Positions 39,201 to 52,400 of a DNA stretch of 64,000 nucleotides are shown here, piece by piece (the first letter of the stretch is position 1; the number at the start of each line of letters is the position of its first letter). The DNA is taken from assembly GCA_036172245.1 (NCBI GenBank), contig JAYWIR010000027.1, forward strand, positions 1,922,001 through 1,986,000. Direction: 5' to 3'. The translations under genes were made by a program, and so were the position numbers. This DNA is from Raillietiella orientalis (Eukaryota). Below the pieces are notes generated by a model. That model was not told where the DNA came from. It made no database searches and saw nothing but the letters and a program-made list of their open reading frames with translations.

Positions 39201-39830
39201 GCAGCGTTCCTCCAACAATGGAAGCTTTTTCCTCGACACCAAACTCTCTGGCAGCAATACACGTCCTCCGGAAACAAGGTAAGCACTCGAAGTCCTCACA
39301 GGTCAGTCTTACTGAGGGAGAGAGGTCTAAATATAGACATTGATTAACCGGTGAGTGCGTGTGACTCGTACCCAAAGACTCGAGCCATGTATAGCGACCG
39401 CCTGCGACACGCTCGCGGATAATCGTGTCCAGCTCGAAAGTCCAAGAGAGGGATGTTGTGCATAGACTGAAGCGTGTCTCTTGACGGAGACGTCGGTCGC
39501 TTGCTGGGTGGGCTGGAGGAGGAAGCACTGCCATCCGTGCCAGCCCTAGGAAAACCAACTCGGAACTCGAGATTAAATCTGTACCCAAGTCACGCGCCTG
39601 ACCACTAAAGGGTGCTCTCACGACACCGATCCCCACTTCGATCCGAGAACCGTCCAGGAGAGCAGCGAGTCACACCTGAAGAGACACTTTTCTTTAGGTG
39701 TACACAGGCGGTGGGGAGATGGGGGAGCGTCCAACCAGGTGCCTCTGATACTCCTTCCGTGTCAGTCTATGCAGACCATCTGAGGCTGCTTGCTCCCCAT
39801 GTCCACCCCGGCGTCAGCACTTGAGGATTT
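36250..39830 (-). mobile_element. Degenerate, internally deleted L1/Tx1-like LINE (ORF1-like region, endonuclease, RT)
   Basis: ORF1-like 38995..39636; then NVEGFGK (NVRGL), RGITVI, TYGDFHWV (GDFN), LADAVVRGHSWSAYAWWS; KGNACFPGFLRPSL (NWRPISL), DQRVWKML, LSGSCAERQGARQ (RGVRQG), EVLRGHGQIVG, HALCGRGQEPRLALP. Confidence 0.6.
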
Positions 39831-39859
39831 CTTCAAGTTGCCAAGTCGGGACTCAGTCC

Positions 39860-40092
39860 TGGATTATCATCCGGATGCACCGGAGCGTTTATTCCATATA
39901 AAAATAAACAATCCTAATCTCTGCGATTGGATCAGTGGTCCAACCACGTGCAATTAACGGGAGCCTGCCGGATTACCGGTACGCAGACCGGTGAGGTCCG
40001 CCACGGCAGCAGAGGGAAGGAGGCAAACAAAAAAGAAAAAGAAACAAAAATAAAAATGAGTAAATAAATTTGGGGTGTGTGGGAAGGGATAC
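39860..40092 (-). mobile_element. LINE 3' UTR copy (minus orientation)
   Basis: Reverse complement shares ATCCCTTCCC, a T-rich tract, GTCTGCGTACCGG, TCCGGCAGG, GAATAAACG and ATCCGGATG, in the same order, with 41021-41244. Confidence 0.75.
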
Positions 40093-41244
40093 GTGCGAGG
40101 AGAGAGGTCCTGGAGGTGAACAGAGCGAAGTTGTCATTGGTACCAGTTGGCGCGGAGTGGGCTGGATGGTCGGGTTGGATCCGCTTGGGGATCCCCAAGG
40201 ACGGATGCTTGAAGGACCTTAGCGTTCCACTGGAGGACTTCTGCGTAGAGGAAACCTGGTCTGACTGTCTACAGAAAGCAGAGATGGCACTCGGCCCGTT
40301 CCTGGAGGGCAATTTTCACTTGCAGGAACGGTCCTCGGCATGCGACTCGTTCACGGCTCTTCTCCGCCCCCTGCTCAGTCTCCTGCAGTATCGCAGGCAG
40401 AGAGAAGATGATGAGCGGCTGGACCATGGGAGAGCTGGCGGACGCCACGACCCCGAGCGTCCTGCCGCGGGGACTAACGAGATGGAGAGAGCTTCTCGAC
40501 ATTCCTACGGATGACCTGAAGTGGCCCCCAGTGCTCAAAGGATCCAGGATTCTTCCCCTGAAGTGGCAAGAGTCGGCGCTTCTGTTGTTGCTTCTGTTGT
40601 TCTACCCTGCAACGCGCGCCGCTTCCACTGGACGCGGGGAAGAGTAAATCCTGAGTGTGCCAGGTGCGGGGAGCGGGAGTCCCTCCTCCATCTTATAGTT
40701 GTCTGTCCTGCCCTCCGGCCCCTGTGGGAACGTCTCGGAACGATCCTTGGGATACCGGTTGGCGGCAACCACAGAAAACTTTACAGTCTTCTCTTCGTGC
40801 GGGACGCCCTGCAGCCAGCCGTAACCCTGACAGCACTTTGCTGCATCCTTGGTATTGTGGCGGCCTGGAGTGAAGCTGAAGATGAAGATTCCAACATAAC
40901 GGACGTCATCCCATATGCTGTTCGCTTCCTGCAGAGAGCTAGCGGATGACCCCAGCTGAGTGGATTAAAGAAGGACCTCGAGGGCATTCTGCAAAGGATG
41001 GACCCTCCTCCCAGTGGGCAGTGATCCCTTCCCCGCCCTCCAAATATTTTTTTTTGTTTATTGTTTTATTTTTCTATTTGTTTATTCCCCCATTCCCTTC
41101 CACTGTCGAGGAGTGTCACGCTAGTCTGCGTACCGGGGTTCCGGCAGGTCCGGCGAAATGTTGGCCGTTAGTGGGGTCTTGTACCACGTATTGTAATGAT
41201 CCTAAGTTAAGTTTGAATAAACGTCCCGGCCTATCCGGATGGCA
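40093..41244 (+). mobile_element. L1/Tx1-clade LINE 3' fragment: RT C-terminal region, zf-RVT and 3' UTR with AATAAA
   Basis: LEVNRAKLSLVPVG..RLGI..ETWSDCLQKAEMALGPF; VLPCNARRFHW..NPECARCGERESLLHLIVVCPALRPLWERL (clear zf-RVT); AATAAA at 41216-41221. Confidence 0.85.
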
Positions 41245-42590
41245 TCTCCCCCTGCTCATTGTTCACCTCGCTCCTTTAGCCATCAAACTAAGGACTGAAG
41301 ACCTCCTAAGGAAATCCCTGTGGGGCACAGGGAGGTCCGGAGTCCAGTTAGAAGACTTGTGTGCTCCACGTAGGGATGGTGGATTGGACCTCCTTGCACT
41401 GCAGCGATGGAACGTCAGCTCTAAATTCGAAGACTCGCCTTTGCAGCGAAGCTATGGACGACGCTTTGGCGCGCACCAGCACGCCTATTCACCCAGAGAG
41501 CAACCGGCACTGCGATGGACTACTACTGTCTTCGCTCCTCGTGGCCAACAAGACCATTTTGAGACACTGTGGCCATCAAATTGATCAGATAACCATCTGC
41601 TACTGCCTTCTGGACTACTACTGCCTTGATGGAGGAGAACACCTGGATCTTCTGCCTCCCCGCGAGCTGTACCGCCTGGTTTCAGGAGTTCGTTGGCGCG
41701 TGGAAAAAGACCCGTGGCAGGAGTCAGGAGGAATGCGCCTGTCCGCAGCGTGATGGAGACACTCGTCATTCGCTGCGATCATGTGCAACTCACGAAAGAT
41801 GCCATGCATTCTGTCTAACCCCTTGTTCCAGTGCTGCCCTTCCCAAGGGAAGCAAGGGACAGTCTCAATCCTGCAAGGTGGGAAGTGACGTGCTGCATCT
41901 CAGCAAGGAAGAAATTTCCGGGGTGCGTGAACAACTCGGGAACTGACGGACGCTGAGACCTCGAGTGTCTCACCCAAAGAACTTCTCCGGTGAGGAGAGC
42001 TGCTGGAGATTCCCCAAGAATTCCTGATGAGGTCCCCAGTACTGCAGAACAATCGCACTCCTCTCACCCCTCAAGTTGCAGGAATCGGCGTTGCTGCTTC
42101 CGTTTTGGAGAATCCCGTGCAAAGCGCGCCTCCACCACTGTACCCGGTTGGGATGGGTGAGGAGTGCAAAAGGTGCGGGGAAAGAGCGACACTCCCGCAC
42201 CTTCTCCTGGACCGTGCTGCCCCCCGGATCCCCAGGAGCGATCCACAGACGTTGTCAAGCGCTTCTTCATGCGTTTGAAGGGCTGCTGCGAGCCGCGCGC
42301 CTAGCAGTCGTTTGCCGCATGCGGGGAAGGGTGGTGGCATGGAACGCTGCGAGGAAGTGACCAACACGGCAGAGCTGTCATCCACCGGACAAAAAGCTTT
42401 TTGAGGATCGCCGCGAGATGACCCCACCTGGGAACAGACAAACAGCAACTTGTCTCGAGCATCCTCCAGAGGATGAACGGGACGTCACGGGACACGCAAT
42501 GATCCCTTCCCAATCCCCCCCTCTGCTCCCTCCCCCCAAACAAGAAATTTTATAACTTTTCTATTTATTTTTGTTTTGTTTTTCTTCATC
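41245..42590 (+). mobile_element. Second, more decayed L1/Tx1 3' fragment of the same family
   Basis: KSLWGTGRSGVQLEDLCAPRRDGGLDLLALQRWN; QESALLL..IPCKARLHH..EECKRCGERATLPHLLL (paralogous to the 40.5-40.7 kb segment); the same TGATCCCTTCCC + T-rich UTR start at 42500. Confidence 0.8.
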
Positions 42591-42599
42591 GCCGCATCG

Positions 42600-44500
42600 C
42601 TTCCCAAGCAGAGAACTTTTTTGTCGTACGTGAGCAGGGAGGCACTTCCCGCTCAGTTCCTCCTTCCCGAGACGCTCTCTTTTCGAGGGAATGAAGTACC
42701 GCGCCATCCTCCGGAGGCACTATTTCTGCGTCCTCTTCCTGGTAGCTTCCTTTCGCTCTCTGCTGCTTGCTGTTGGCATTTTCGTCCACCTGACTCTTTG
42801 GACCTTGGTTGCTACCGAAGGCGGAACTCCGAAGGGTGGAAACGCCACGCGGGGAGGCTTCTCGAAGAATGCCACTCCCTTCCTATCCTTCCTAGCCGAG
42901 GTGAGCCTCTGGAGGATCACCACGCGGCTGTAGACCGAAAAGGACCCTATCCCGGGGCATGACCTTCCGTTGTCGCCGCTTGAGGTCGCGCTGTCTTCGA
43001 GCTCCTTTCGGCTCGGGAAAATGGTCCTGAGGCACGTCAAATGTCAAGCCTGTTCCACCCAACCTCTTCCTCGAACTAATCACTCCGCACGGAAGAGGGA
43101 TGTGTAGTGGAAGGAAGGAAGACCTACGGGGGATACTCACTGACTGGCGACGGTGGTCAACGAGTGGCCTGGAAACTTTTCCCATGCCTGCTCTTTCCCC
43201 GAGAGGAGGTAGCTCATCCTCCCTTTGCTGAAGGTCGGCTTGGACGCCTCCAGCGTCCACGTGGACCTCCCATCGATCCGACGATCAGATGGAGAAGCTG
43301 CTCCCTTAGGGGGGCTTGGCAAGGACGAAAGATGTCTGCTGTACACCCTTTCTCCTCCAGGGGACATCCAATCCCCAGATCACTCTCCATGTGGATTCCG
43401 GGACACACCACATGTCTCGTCTCCGGCATCTCGGAATCCAGGGTTTCCTGTTCCACCGACTGGGGCAACCCAGAACTTTCAGGGGTGACATGAGTTCTGC
43501 AGTGTCACCTCGCGCCTCGGAGAACTGCTGGGAGCGGTGAGGCATCCGAGAGATTTTGTGGCCGTGCTCCATACCGCCTCTGTGTCAGCCCGCTGTCTCT
43601 TGGCGCCCCAAAGGTAATGAGTCCTCCGGCCGGGAAAGCTTCGGCACTTCCTTGAACTACTAGGGATCCTCTTTGGTTGACTGTTCCTCCAGAGCAAATC
43701 TGTATAACCATCCATCACCTTTGAGCTGGGTCCTGAGCTCCTATAGGATGGAAGACGCCGCAAAGCTGCGGTCTTGAAAACACTCTAAGCCACGGCTTTC
43801 AGGGCGGTGCCGCAGAGATACAGCTGGCGGAGGGGCGGAGAGGTTCTCCGACGGTTCCATCTCGAGGTTCTCAGGACATGTGCTCTGCTCGCGGAGCACC
43901 TCCTCGCAGAAGTGCCAGCAGCGGTCTCCTTCATTAAGGGGAACGGGGTAACAAGGTCAGCTGCTTTCCGAGCAATCCCTGTGAGGAATTCAGCAATCGG
44001 ATCACCGAGAAGAGATTGGGAGGAAAGAAAAGAAAAAGTCCATTGTTAGATTCCGAGGAGGGGGGAGGAGAAGACCGTAAGTGAGATTGCATTGTTGAAG
44101 TTCCTGTGGAAGACGCAAGTGCATTGTTGTGTTTCGTGGAGGAAGTGAGATCTCATTGTTGGGATCTGCGTCTAAAGCGAGAGAACATTGTTGAATTCTC
44201 CAACGGAATCGTGGAACTCCACGCTCCTCGAGACGGCGGAGAGCATGCAGTTTCTTTCGATGCTTCTCAGTGACGAAATGCAATCCGAGGATCCACCACC
44301 ATCGGTTCTGTTCTTTCCTGTTCGAAAGGGAAGAAATTGCAGCAGCCTCTTCAAGTCCATAAAGCTGTTTAGCAGCCAAGGATCTTCGGGAAAAGGACTA
44401 GAACTGTCCTTGCAAACAAGGAGCGCAGGGAGCCGGAAATTAAATCAGTACCGGGACAAGGGACAGTTAGCAAGCCCGGTTCCTGCCAACTGCCCTTCGG
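42600..44500 (-). mobile_element. Degenerate L1/Tx1-like 5' part (ORF1 + endonuclease relic)
   Basis: ORF1-like 44002..44379; frameshifted knuckle LTQRR/MEHGHKISR at ~43590-43530; KPTFSKGRMSYLL, PGHSLTTV, RMARYFIPSKR relics. Confidence 0.5.
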
Positions 44501-44599
44501 ACTCGCAAGGGCGGACGGCCTTGTCCCTCCTCTTCTCCTGTAGGGGTAATGCAAGCCCAGCGACGCCTGCTCCGGATGTTACGTATCCCGGTCCCGCAG

Positions 44600-47500
44600 A
44601 TCACGCAGACACGAGGTGGGAGATCCGTCGTAAAAGAAAGATGAGGAGAATAGGGATTCTTGCCTACGGAATCAAAAGGGTGGGAAAGAAGGGTCGGATA
44701 CCCTCCTTCCTCACTCGCACGCCTCGACAGGTACGCGGAGGAGTCACACGAGTGCCTTCTCCTTTGGCCACCCTCGAGTGCTGCCGTTAGAGGCACCGCG
44801 AAATTCATGAAGAGAGAAGGACGGCAGGTAGCAAAAGCATCCGCATGTCGATGACCTCTGGACCGAAAGAAGACGCTCTCGGGGCGGCGCGCAGGAGTCT
44901 CAAGCGAGGTCCCTGGAAAAAGCGGACCTTCGGTGGTTCCACTTCCGGCCCGTAGGAAGGTGTGGCCGCCAATCGCGGCCTCCCTCCCTCCCATCGTTGA
45001 TTTATTGAGTTCTCGGACGATCTCTAGCAATCGAGCGGGAATTCCATCAAGCAAAAGGGATGCTCACCTCTCCCCCCCCCTCGTCCCCTCCTTTCCCTAC
45101 GCCGTGCTTCCCAGAGTCTCCCATTCGATTCTCCGTCACAGCACTGCAGACTCGCTCGACAACGCGGCCGCGGTAAACGGCGCTCTTCGGCGAGGGACGG
45201 CGAAGAAAAACAACGCTGATGGACGCGGGAGAACGTGGGTCCGTAGCGAGAGCGCGGCGGCACTTCCCCCACGGCCTGTTTCCGGACGTCGGGAATGCTC
45301 CAGCATGTTGCGAGGAAGGCAACAGCGGCACCAAGGAAACGGATCAGGCAGCACAGACGCCGCCGACCGACGGATCGCTTCCAAGGGGCGTCGCTGTTTA
45401 GCCGGCCGCCCGCGGGCCAGCCGACGCGGGGCTGCAGGAGCTCCCTCGAGTGTTGCCGTCTCTTAGGAACTCCCGGAGAAGACGTCAGGCCTGCCTTGGC
45501 GGTGCCACATGGCGCTGCGGCTGCCGCTCGCGGGTTCGAACCTAACGCCTCCCTTTTCCCTTCCCGCGAAGGATCGACGCCGAGGGAGGGGATACATCTT
45601 GGTTTTCGAGCTCAGGATGGCGCTAGTTGGCCCATGGGTTTCGGGAGCGCGCGGAGACACCGGCAGGAAGCCGGGTGCCTCCGTTGAGTGGCCAGGATCG
45701 GAAGTCGACCCTCCGAAGTCCCTTCCAGGAGCCTCTCGAAGAAGCAAACCGGGAGTAGACTCTTTCCGAAGGGTCCCTCCGGAGAAAAAGAGGGGGAGGT
45801 TCCCTTCGGGGTCCCCTTCAGAGACAACCAGGGCAAGGGTTCCCCTTCCCCTTCAAGGTCAAAAGGGAATGGACTCCTTCCTCCGGAGCGTTCCTGGATG
45901 AATTAGGGTGGTCTCTTCCGGGGCACCCCTAACTTTGAGAGTCACTGTGCGCACCCTTGGAAGGACAGCAAGGAAACGGAACCCCCATCATTGTAGACCA
46001 ACAGTAGGGATCTCCCCGTGAGGTCGCCACTAGTCCCTTTAAAAGATAACATCGGAAGGGAGCTCCAGGCCGCACCACTAATGCAGAGGAACCCGGTGCC
46101 CCCCCCTCCGAGGAAGAGGAGATCTTCGGGGATGGAGGTGGATGCGTGGAGGGGCCGGCCGAATATTCGCCCCGCCGTGGCTCCTGGTGCTGGAAGGACT
46201 GCTCTCCAGCAGGAAGCCGTGCGAGCCTTCGCAGGTGGACGGATGGAAAGGGTAAAGGAAGGGGGGGAAGACGATCCTGGATCAGCAGGGAGTCGCCGGG
46301 ACGACGGATCCCTTAGTTGAGGGCGCTCTCGCGTCCGGAGGAATCTCTGGGCACGGAGGGTAGCGGCCGCCTCTACGTGCGCTGCACCTCGGAGAAGGGC
46401 CAGCGGTCGCGCAGGGAAGCCGAGACACGATGGGGGCCATGCTCCCCCTCCCGTCGATGCGGCGGCGCCTGCCACCCCACTCCGCACGGAGGAAACCCCC
46501 TCAAGAGAGATCTGCTGCTCCGCCGGGAGAGCCCCCAGGTGCCTGACCCGGTCCATCTGCCTCCGGGGCGCGGCGCTCGCCCCGCTCCCCTCGTGGCACC
46601 TGCGAGAAACGACGGGGACTTTTCCCAGTCTTCGTCCGGTGCATCCCCCTTCCTCCTTCCCGGTCCTCCCCGACCCGGAACGCGCATGCACCCGTTCCGT
46701 GGGCTGCTGCCGCCGCCGCTTGGGCACCCCCTGGTCGATGCAGGGGTGAGGGTAACCATGGGATCCGGGAAAGGAGGAGCTCCCAGGTTCGGACTCGCCG
46801 AGGCGTCGGTCCATCCCGTCCGAGAGGTTGCGACAGTCCCTGCCGCCACCGCCGTCTTCACCGACGGGAAGAAATCAAATGGGATGGCACGCTTGGGAGA
46901 AGACCCTGAAGGGAGCTCGGACTTTTTCGCTTCGGGAAGGAACGGATCCTTTCCGCTCCTGGAATTTCTTCTCCGTAAGGAACCCGCAAGGGGAGCGCTC
47001 CTGGTTTCCTCTTCGGGAGGGCACTTCCCGAAGGAAGCAGAGCGCTTCTTGGACGCTCTGGGGAGGCAGTCCAATAGGAAGGGGGGGGGTCTCAACCAGC
47101 TCCATGGCACAGGATGGCATGGCTCTACTTTTGCAACCGGAGGGGAACAGCCCTGAAGGACTCATTGATGTCCTAGAAGGACCTCAGGGGTCGACTTCCC
47201 ATCCGGCTTCCACCAGTGCCGTAGCACCAGAGTAGGCCGACCAGCGTCGTCCTGCAGAAGGAAAGGGGAGGACTGGTAACCCCACGACGCGCCTTCCGTT
47301 TTCGATGTCGACCCCTCTCCACTCCACGTGGGGATTAGACCTCGCGTCGCCTGACGCCACGCACGAGGACAGCAGCCGCACGCACGCCCACCCACTCGGG
47401 CGCCACGGTGCTCTCAGTGAATGGGATGATGAAGTGGCGCCTCCGGCCTGTGTCTGCGCCAGCGCGCGTTTCCACCTCCTCGTTCCTCCAAATGGGTGCT

Positions 47501-47900
47501 GGCTGCGTCGCTTGGGGGAAGGGAGGGGGGGACCCTGCGTGGGACCTTCGGCTGCTTCCCGCCAGTATGCGCGCCCCAGTTGGCGCAGTGACGAGCTGAC
47601 CGACGCCTCCTCCTTTGGCGGGCGCCGCCATGCGCTTCTGTGAACGGACGGATCTCGTAGGGAGGCGAATTTTCCTTTACCAAAATCCTCTCGGTTCGAG
47701 TCCGGTGGCGGACGTCGATCCACGGATCACCAAGGCTGCGAAACGCAGGGTCGGCGTTTCGCAGCTAAAACGGCTGCCTCCCCTTCCTCGAGGCTGGACG
47801 CTGCAGATGGAATAATCGCCTCTCATGGCGCTGCACTCGGCCTCGATGCACTCGCGAATGCTTCGGGTGTGCAGGCGGACGCCTCTCCGCTGTGACAGCG
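44600..47900 (-). mobile_element. Degenerate L1/Tx1-like LINE (ORF1 tail, endonuclease, RT start)
   Basis: SVV/PGD (GDFN region), SCWRAVLPAPG..EDLLFL (D.WR..HP..SRID), LDGIPARLLEIVREL (PDG.P.EF), DAFATCRPSLFMN (NWRPISLLN). Confidence 0.5.
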
Positions 47901-49499
47901 CTCTCTGCTAGGCGCTTGCGGAAAGATCCAGGACGGTCCGTAAGCCAAAGCGGCGGGATGCCCATGCTCTTTTGCGCTTGCACTTGGACGGTGCACTCGC
48001 CTTTTATTTTCATTTTTTTTTTTAAAGGGGAGGGGAGAGGCTCCCCTTCATCCCTCTATTTCATTGAGCCGCCCAAAATCGACGCGAGTCGCGTGTGCGA
48101 AACGCGCACGCCATTGCCGAGTGCTACAGTGCTAAAGCGGGAGAGGGCGCTGTCGCGATGTGCATTCGAGTGCAGCCACGCCAACGGGCGAATCATTCGA
48201 AACAGAACGATTTAAAAATCATTGAGAATAACAACAATCAGTGGCAGTAACTTTGATCATGGGAAGCACGCAGAACCAGTATTGGTAGAGAGAAAAAAAA
48301 AAGAGGGGCAGAAGGAACACGTTTGCTTTCGGCAGTGCGCGCGTTGGCTCCCGAAGTTGGAGCTGCGAGCCTTGCGCAAAGGTTTGCTGCGAGCGAACGT
48401 GCAAACAACGCGCACCACGTAGAATCGTCGCATTTCAAGGAGCGCAGACGCGTTCAAAGCGCGCTGGACCTTGCCGCTGGGTGAAGCGAGCAGCTGGTGC
48501 TCGGCGGCTCGGCCCGTGTTTCCCCCGGGCCATCCTCCCTCTACGAGCGGGCGGATTCGAGGAGGGTGCCCGTCGGGGTGAACCGTGCCATTCCCACACA
48601 CACACACACACCTCGCAGGAGAACGCACCATTCTCAGCGGAACGTTCGGTTTTTTCTCGCTAACGGGCGAGGCGGGAAGCGAGGTACGCAACAATGCGCG
48701 AGCAACAATGGTCCGGCGCGAAGGGGCCGCGGGCCTACGAGAGGACTGTTTCGGCGGCACATATACTGAAATCGGAACGACAGATAGAGGATTAGCACGG
48801 CGCCCTGCTCAAGGATGACACGCAAAAACGAGAGGAGGTGGTCAACGGAAGAAAGATTTGCGGCGGATTTCGGACGTGATGCTCCCCCCTCCCCTCCTCC
48901 CCCCCATCCGGGTTCGGACCGACTGGGAGGGCGGCGGCGCTCGCGAGGTCCCTTGTCCTTTTTCCGGATGTGCGCTCTGCCCTCGGAGGTGATTCTCTGA
49001 AACCGATTCCCCCTCGGAACTGACCTTGGATGAAGCACGGCTCGGCAATGCGCGTTGACCCGCTGCAACGCGGCCCGCCTTCCTCGGTGGACGTTCCTTT
49101 TCTGTTTTTCTCGCGTTATGTGAGTCAGCGGTGATTCACGGTGCGTTTTTGCGGAGTGCCTCTCCCCCTCCTGCGGCCGGTTGGAGGCGCTCGATCTCCG
49201 GAAGTCGGCTCCTTCCCCTCGTGGAGAGCAAAGCCGGCTTTGCCGCCGGTCGCCAGGCCTCCGCCCAAGGGTGTTCTTTCCCCTCGACTTTTTCACCCGT
49301 GTCTCCCTCCGCTCTCCTCCTCCTCCAGCAGCACAGGCAGATAGCCGCGATTTTCCTGCTGCTTCCCCAGCCTTCGTGCATCGTCGATATTCGCAGTCCT
49401 TCGTTCTCTGGCGCCGCGCTCGCCCATTCGGTGTTCCTAGCGGGATTTGTTCTTCCCGAGACTTGCTCCCCCCCCCCACTTCCATTTTTGTTTTTTTCA

Positions 49500-52400
49500 G
49501 TCCGCTCCCACTCCTACGGGCCGCATCGAGCTCAGCATACTGGACAACGCTCTTGTGCCGCATCGGAAAGGCGGCCGCCATCTGGATAGGGCCAAAGAAA
49601 GTGGTAGCACCGGTGTTTGCCCTCACCGCTTCGGGAGTCCCCCTTCGGGCGGGTGCGAAATTCGACCCCGGTCCCATGGGGTCGGGGGCGCTGAGCGGAG
49701 GTCCCGTGGAAGTGGTCGAGAGCTCTAGCGGACGAGCATGGACCTTGGTCGGCGGCCTCCGCACATCCGTCGCAAGGGCGTCACCTATCTGCCCCCGAGC
49801 GGCGCGGCCGGACATGAAGTGCTGCCGGCCACTCTCTGCTCACCACCCACCCATCTTCGCAAGCCATTCCGAGTCACTGCGGGGGGAGACGAGGGGGAAA
49901 AGGCAACCCGGCGGGAATCCTTCCCGGCCAGGAGAGCCGCAAGGGCGTGAATCCCCGCAGGCGAACTTTCGTGGGCCGCTGTAGCCGGGGGCGCGCGGCT
50001 CGCGTTCCTATCCTCTCCCCTCGTCATCCGGTGGGTCACCTCCTGCACGAGCGGCGGGTGCCGTTCGACGAGAGGACCGGCTTCCCTACCTTCCTTCCCC
50101 TCTCTCCGAGGATGGGCAACCTCCGGGCAAATAGGTCAGCGGCGAGCGACGAGGGGACCATCCATCCCTTCCTGCGTGCCTGCGAGTCTCCGGAAGAAGG
50201 CAGAAGAAGAGGAAGGGGGGAGCAGGAGGGAAGGAGGGATTCATCCCTCCCTCCTTTGACCTCTTATGCCCTCCGGAAAAGTCAGTCGGATGGCTTGCAG
50301 CCATGAAGGAACGGCAGCGGCGGAGGTCGGGAGGGCACTGTGGCGCCAGAGGGGGCAGAGCCCCTCGAGTTTGTGCACCCTCTCTCGCGTTCGCGCCTGA
50401 TCCGACCGGACGGGGGCTCGCTGGCCCACGGAGCCCACCGGGTAACCGGGAGATGTCCCGCTGCTGGGGACGTCGGAGGGGCCGAGGGGCAACCAGAAAA
50501 AGCACTTGCGTGGGTGGGGCTCCACAACACCCAGGCAGCAGTTGCCCAGCAGGAGGACTTCGAATGGCAGAACACCCTTCCACAGGTCCCTGGGAGCGGA
50601 GGATGTCTTTTTCCCTCCTTTCCCTGTCGAAAGCGAAAAGGGGCTGGGAGTGGGGGGGGAGAGGGAGTCCTCTTCTCCCTTCCTCTTCCCAGTGGCGTTG
50701 CCGAGCAGAGCGCGATGCTGGAGGGAAGGGCGAGGGGTGGGACTGCGTCTTGGGCAGAAAGGCAAAGGCCGCATTTGCCGCGTGAACGCCCGGCCTGCCC
50801 TCTCGCGCCCGTCGCTGCAGTTGTTGGTTTCGATCGCTGCCGCTGAGCGGCCGCGGCCGCGAACTACGGGGTGGAAGGCGGGAGAGGGGGTGTTTAGGGG
50901 AAAAGGCTTTTTTTTATTTTTTCGTGACGACTTTTCGTGACGTTTTACTCCTCCCCCTCATCCTTCTCTCTTTTTTTTGTCTCTTCCTCCCTCTCCCCTC
51001 TCCTCCCCTGCAGGAGGAACTGCCTTCCGGACGCTTCCTTCCCTCACTCGAGAGATGTGAGTCCGGAGGAGGGGAGAAGCGGCGAGTGGGCTAGTGGGCC
51101 TGCCCTGCTGTCCCCTTTTCTTTCTCACGCCCCTTGAGCCTGCGCTTGAGAGGATGGGGGAGGGATCGGGGAACTTGAGTTCACGTTTAGCCCTCTTTCC
51201 CACTGGAGGCCCCTCACGGTTCCTGCCTGGCACCGCTGCCTGCCCCACGCCCCTCCTCCTCTTTCTCCCTCAAATCGCCGGACGTGTGAGGCGTTTCAGG
51301 GTCCCGCCCACAGTTCTCCTAACCTCGGACGGCTGACCTCGCCGACTGCGCCTTTCACCAGGCGGTGTGTCCTACGGAGATGGAAATCGCCTTCCTCCAG
51401 GGGCTGATCTGCGTCTTCCGTGCCCAGGGGACGCCCGAGTCCACCTCGTCAAGGATGCCCTACGCGGACGATCCAGCGATCCTACGCGGCCCACTCTTCC
51501 GCCCAGTGGTTCCCGCCTCCCACGTCTCCTTCCCGTAGAGCTTCCCCGGAAGCGTGGAGAAGACCAGGAAAGGACCTCCCAGCCTGATCGGTAGGCAGGG
51601 AGGCCCCTCTCCCACCCGCGTCCCCTGATGCAACTCTTCCGGGCCCGGGAGAGATCAGAGGGCAGGTCCCTTCCGGTCGTCGGGCGACGGGCGGACTCAG
51701 ATAAAGGCACCAGGAGCGGTGTCTCTCGCCTCTTCGCCGAGGTAGGCTCGTGGAGACCCGGGGGGAGGAGGGCCGGCCACCTTTGACTTCCGAGCGAGGC
51801 GGGTCTGGGGTTCGCAAGGTCGTACGGTCCTCCGGAGGAGGCCCCTACCCGCCCCGTGGGCCACCCCGGAGTCGGGGCTTCTCCCTCGGGTGCTCCCACG
51901 CTCGAGGAAGTCGCCACCTCCGGAGGGGGATTCTCCTGAGCGTCCTCCCCTCGCCAGCTGCCCTCCGCTGTGGGCACGGCTCCATGCCCAACGACCGTGC
52001 TCACTCTTCCGTCTGACTCAGATCCGGGGCTACCGAGTGGGTCCCCAGCGTGGACGCAGGGCCGCAGGAGAAGGTCCTGAGCGTTGCTCCGGAAGGGACG
52101 GACCGGCGGGGCCCTGGAGATGCGCTGCCCTTCGGCTACCGATCGGATCGGCGAGGGCGAGGAGGCGACCCGCGAGAGTGCACGGGTTCGCGTGGGCCTC
52201 CGGGTGTCCGGCGTTCGGCGGCGTCCTCCCGGCCCTTCTCCGGACGGCACTATCTAGGAACCCCCGAGCAGCGAAGAACCGAAGAGCTCTGTAGACGACC
52301 CGTTCTCTGGGCGCCTCGCGGGCCACCTCTTCTTGGGAGGGAGCGGGAGGGGGGAGGAGGGGCAAGACGCGAGCTGAAGGGTCCCGTAGGTCATCGGAGA

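Noticed and set aside
48634..49984. Long overlapping Arg/Pro/Gly-rich ORFs as novel genes
   Set aside because: Expected from stop-codon scarcity in GC-rich DNA; partly overlap LINE debris; no splice-consistent model.
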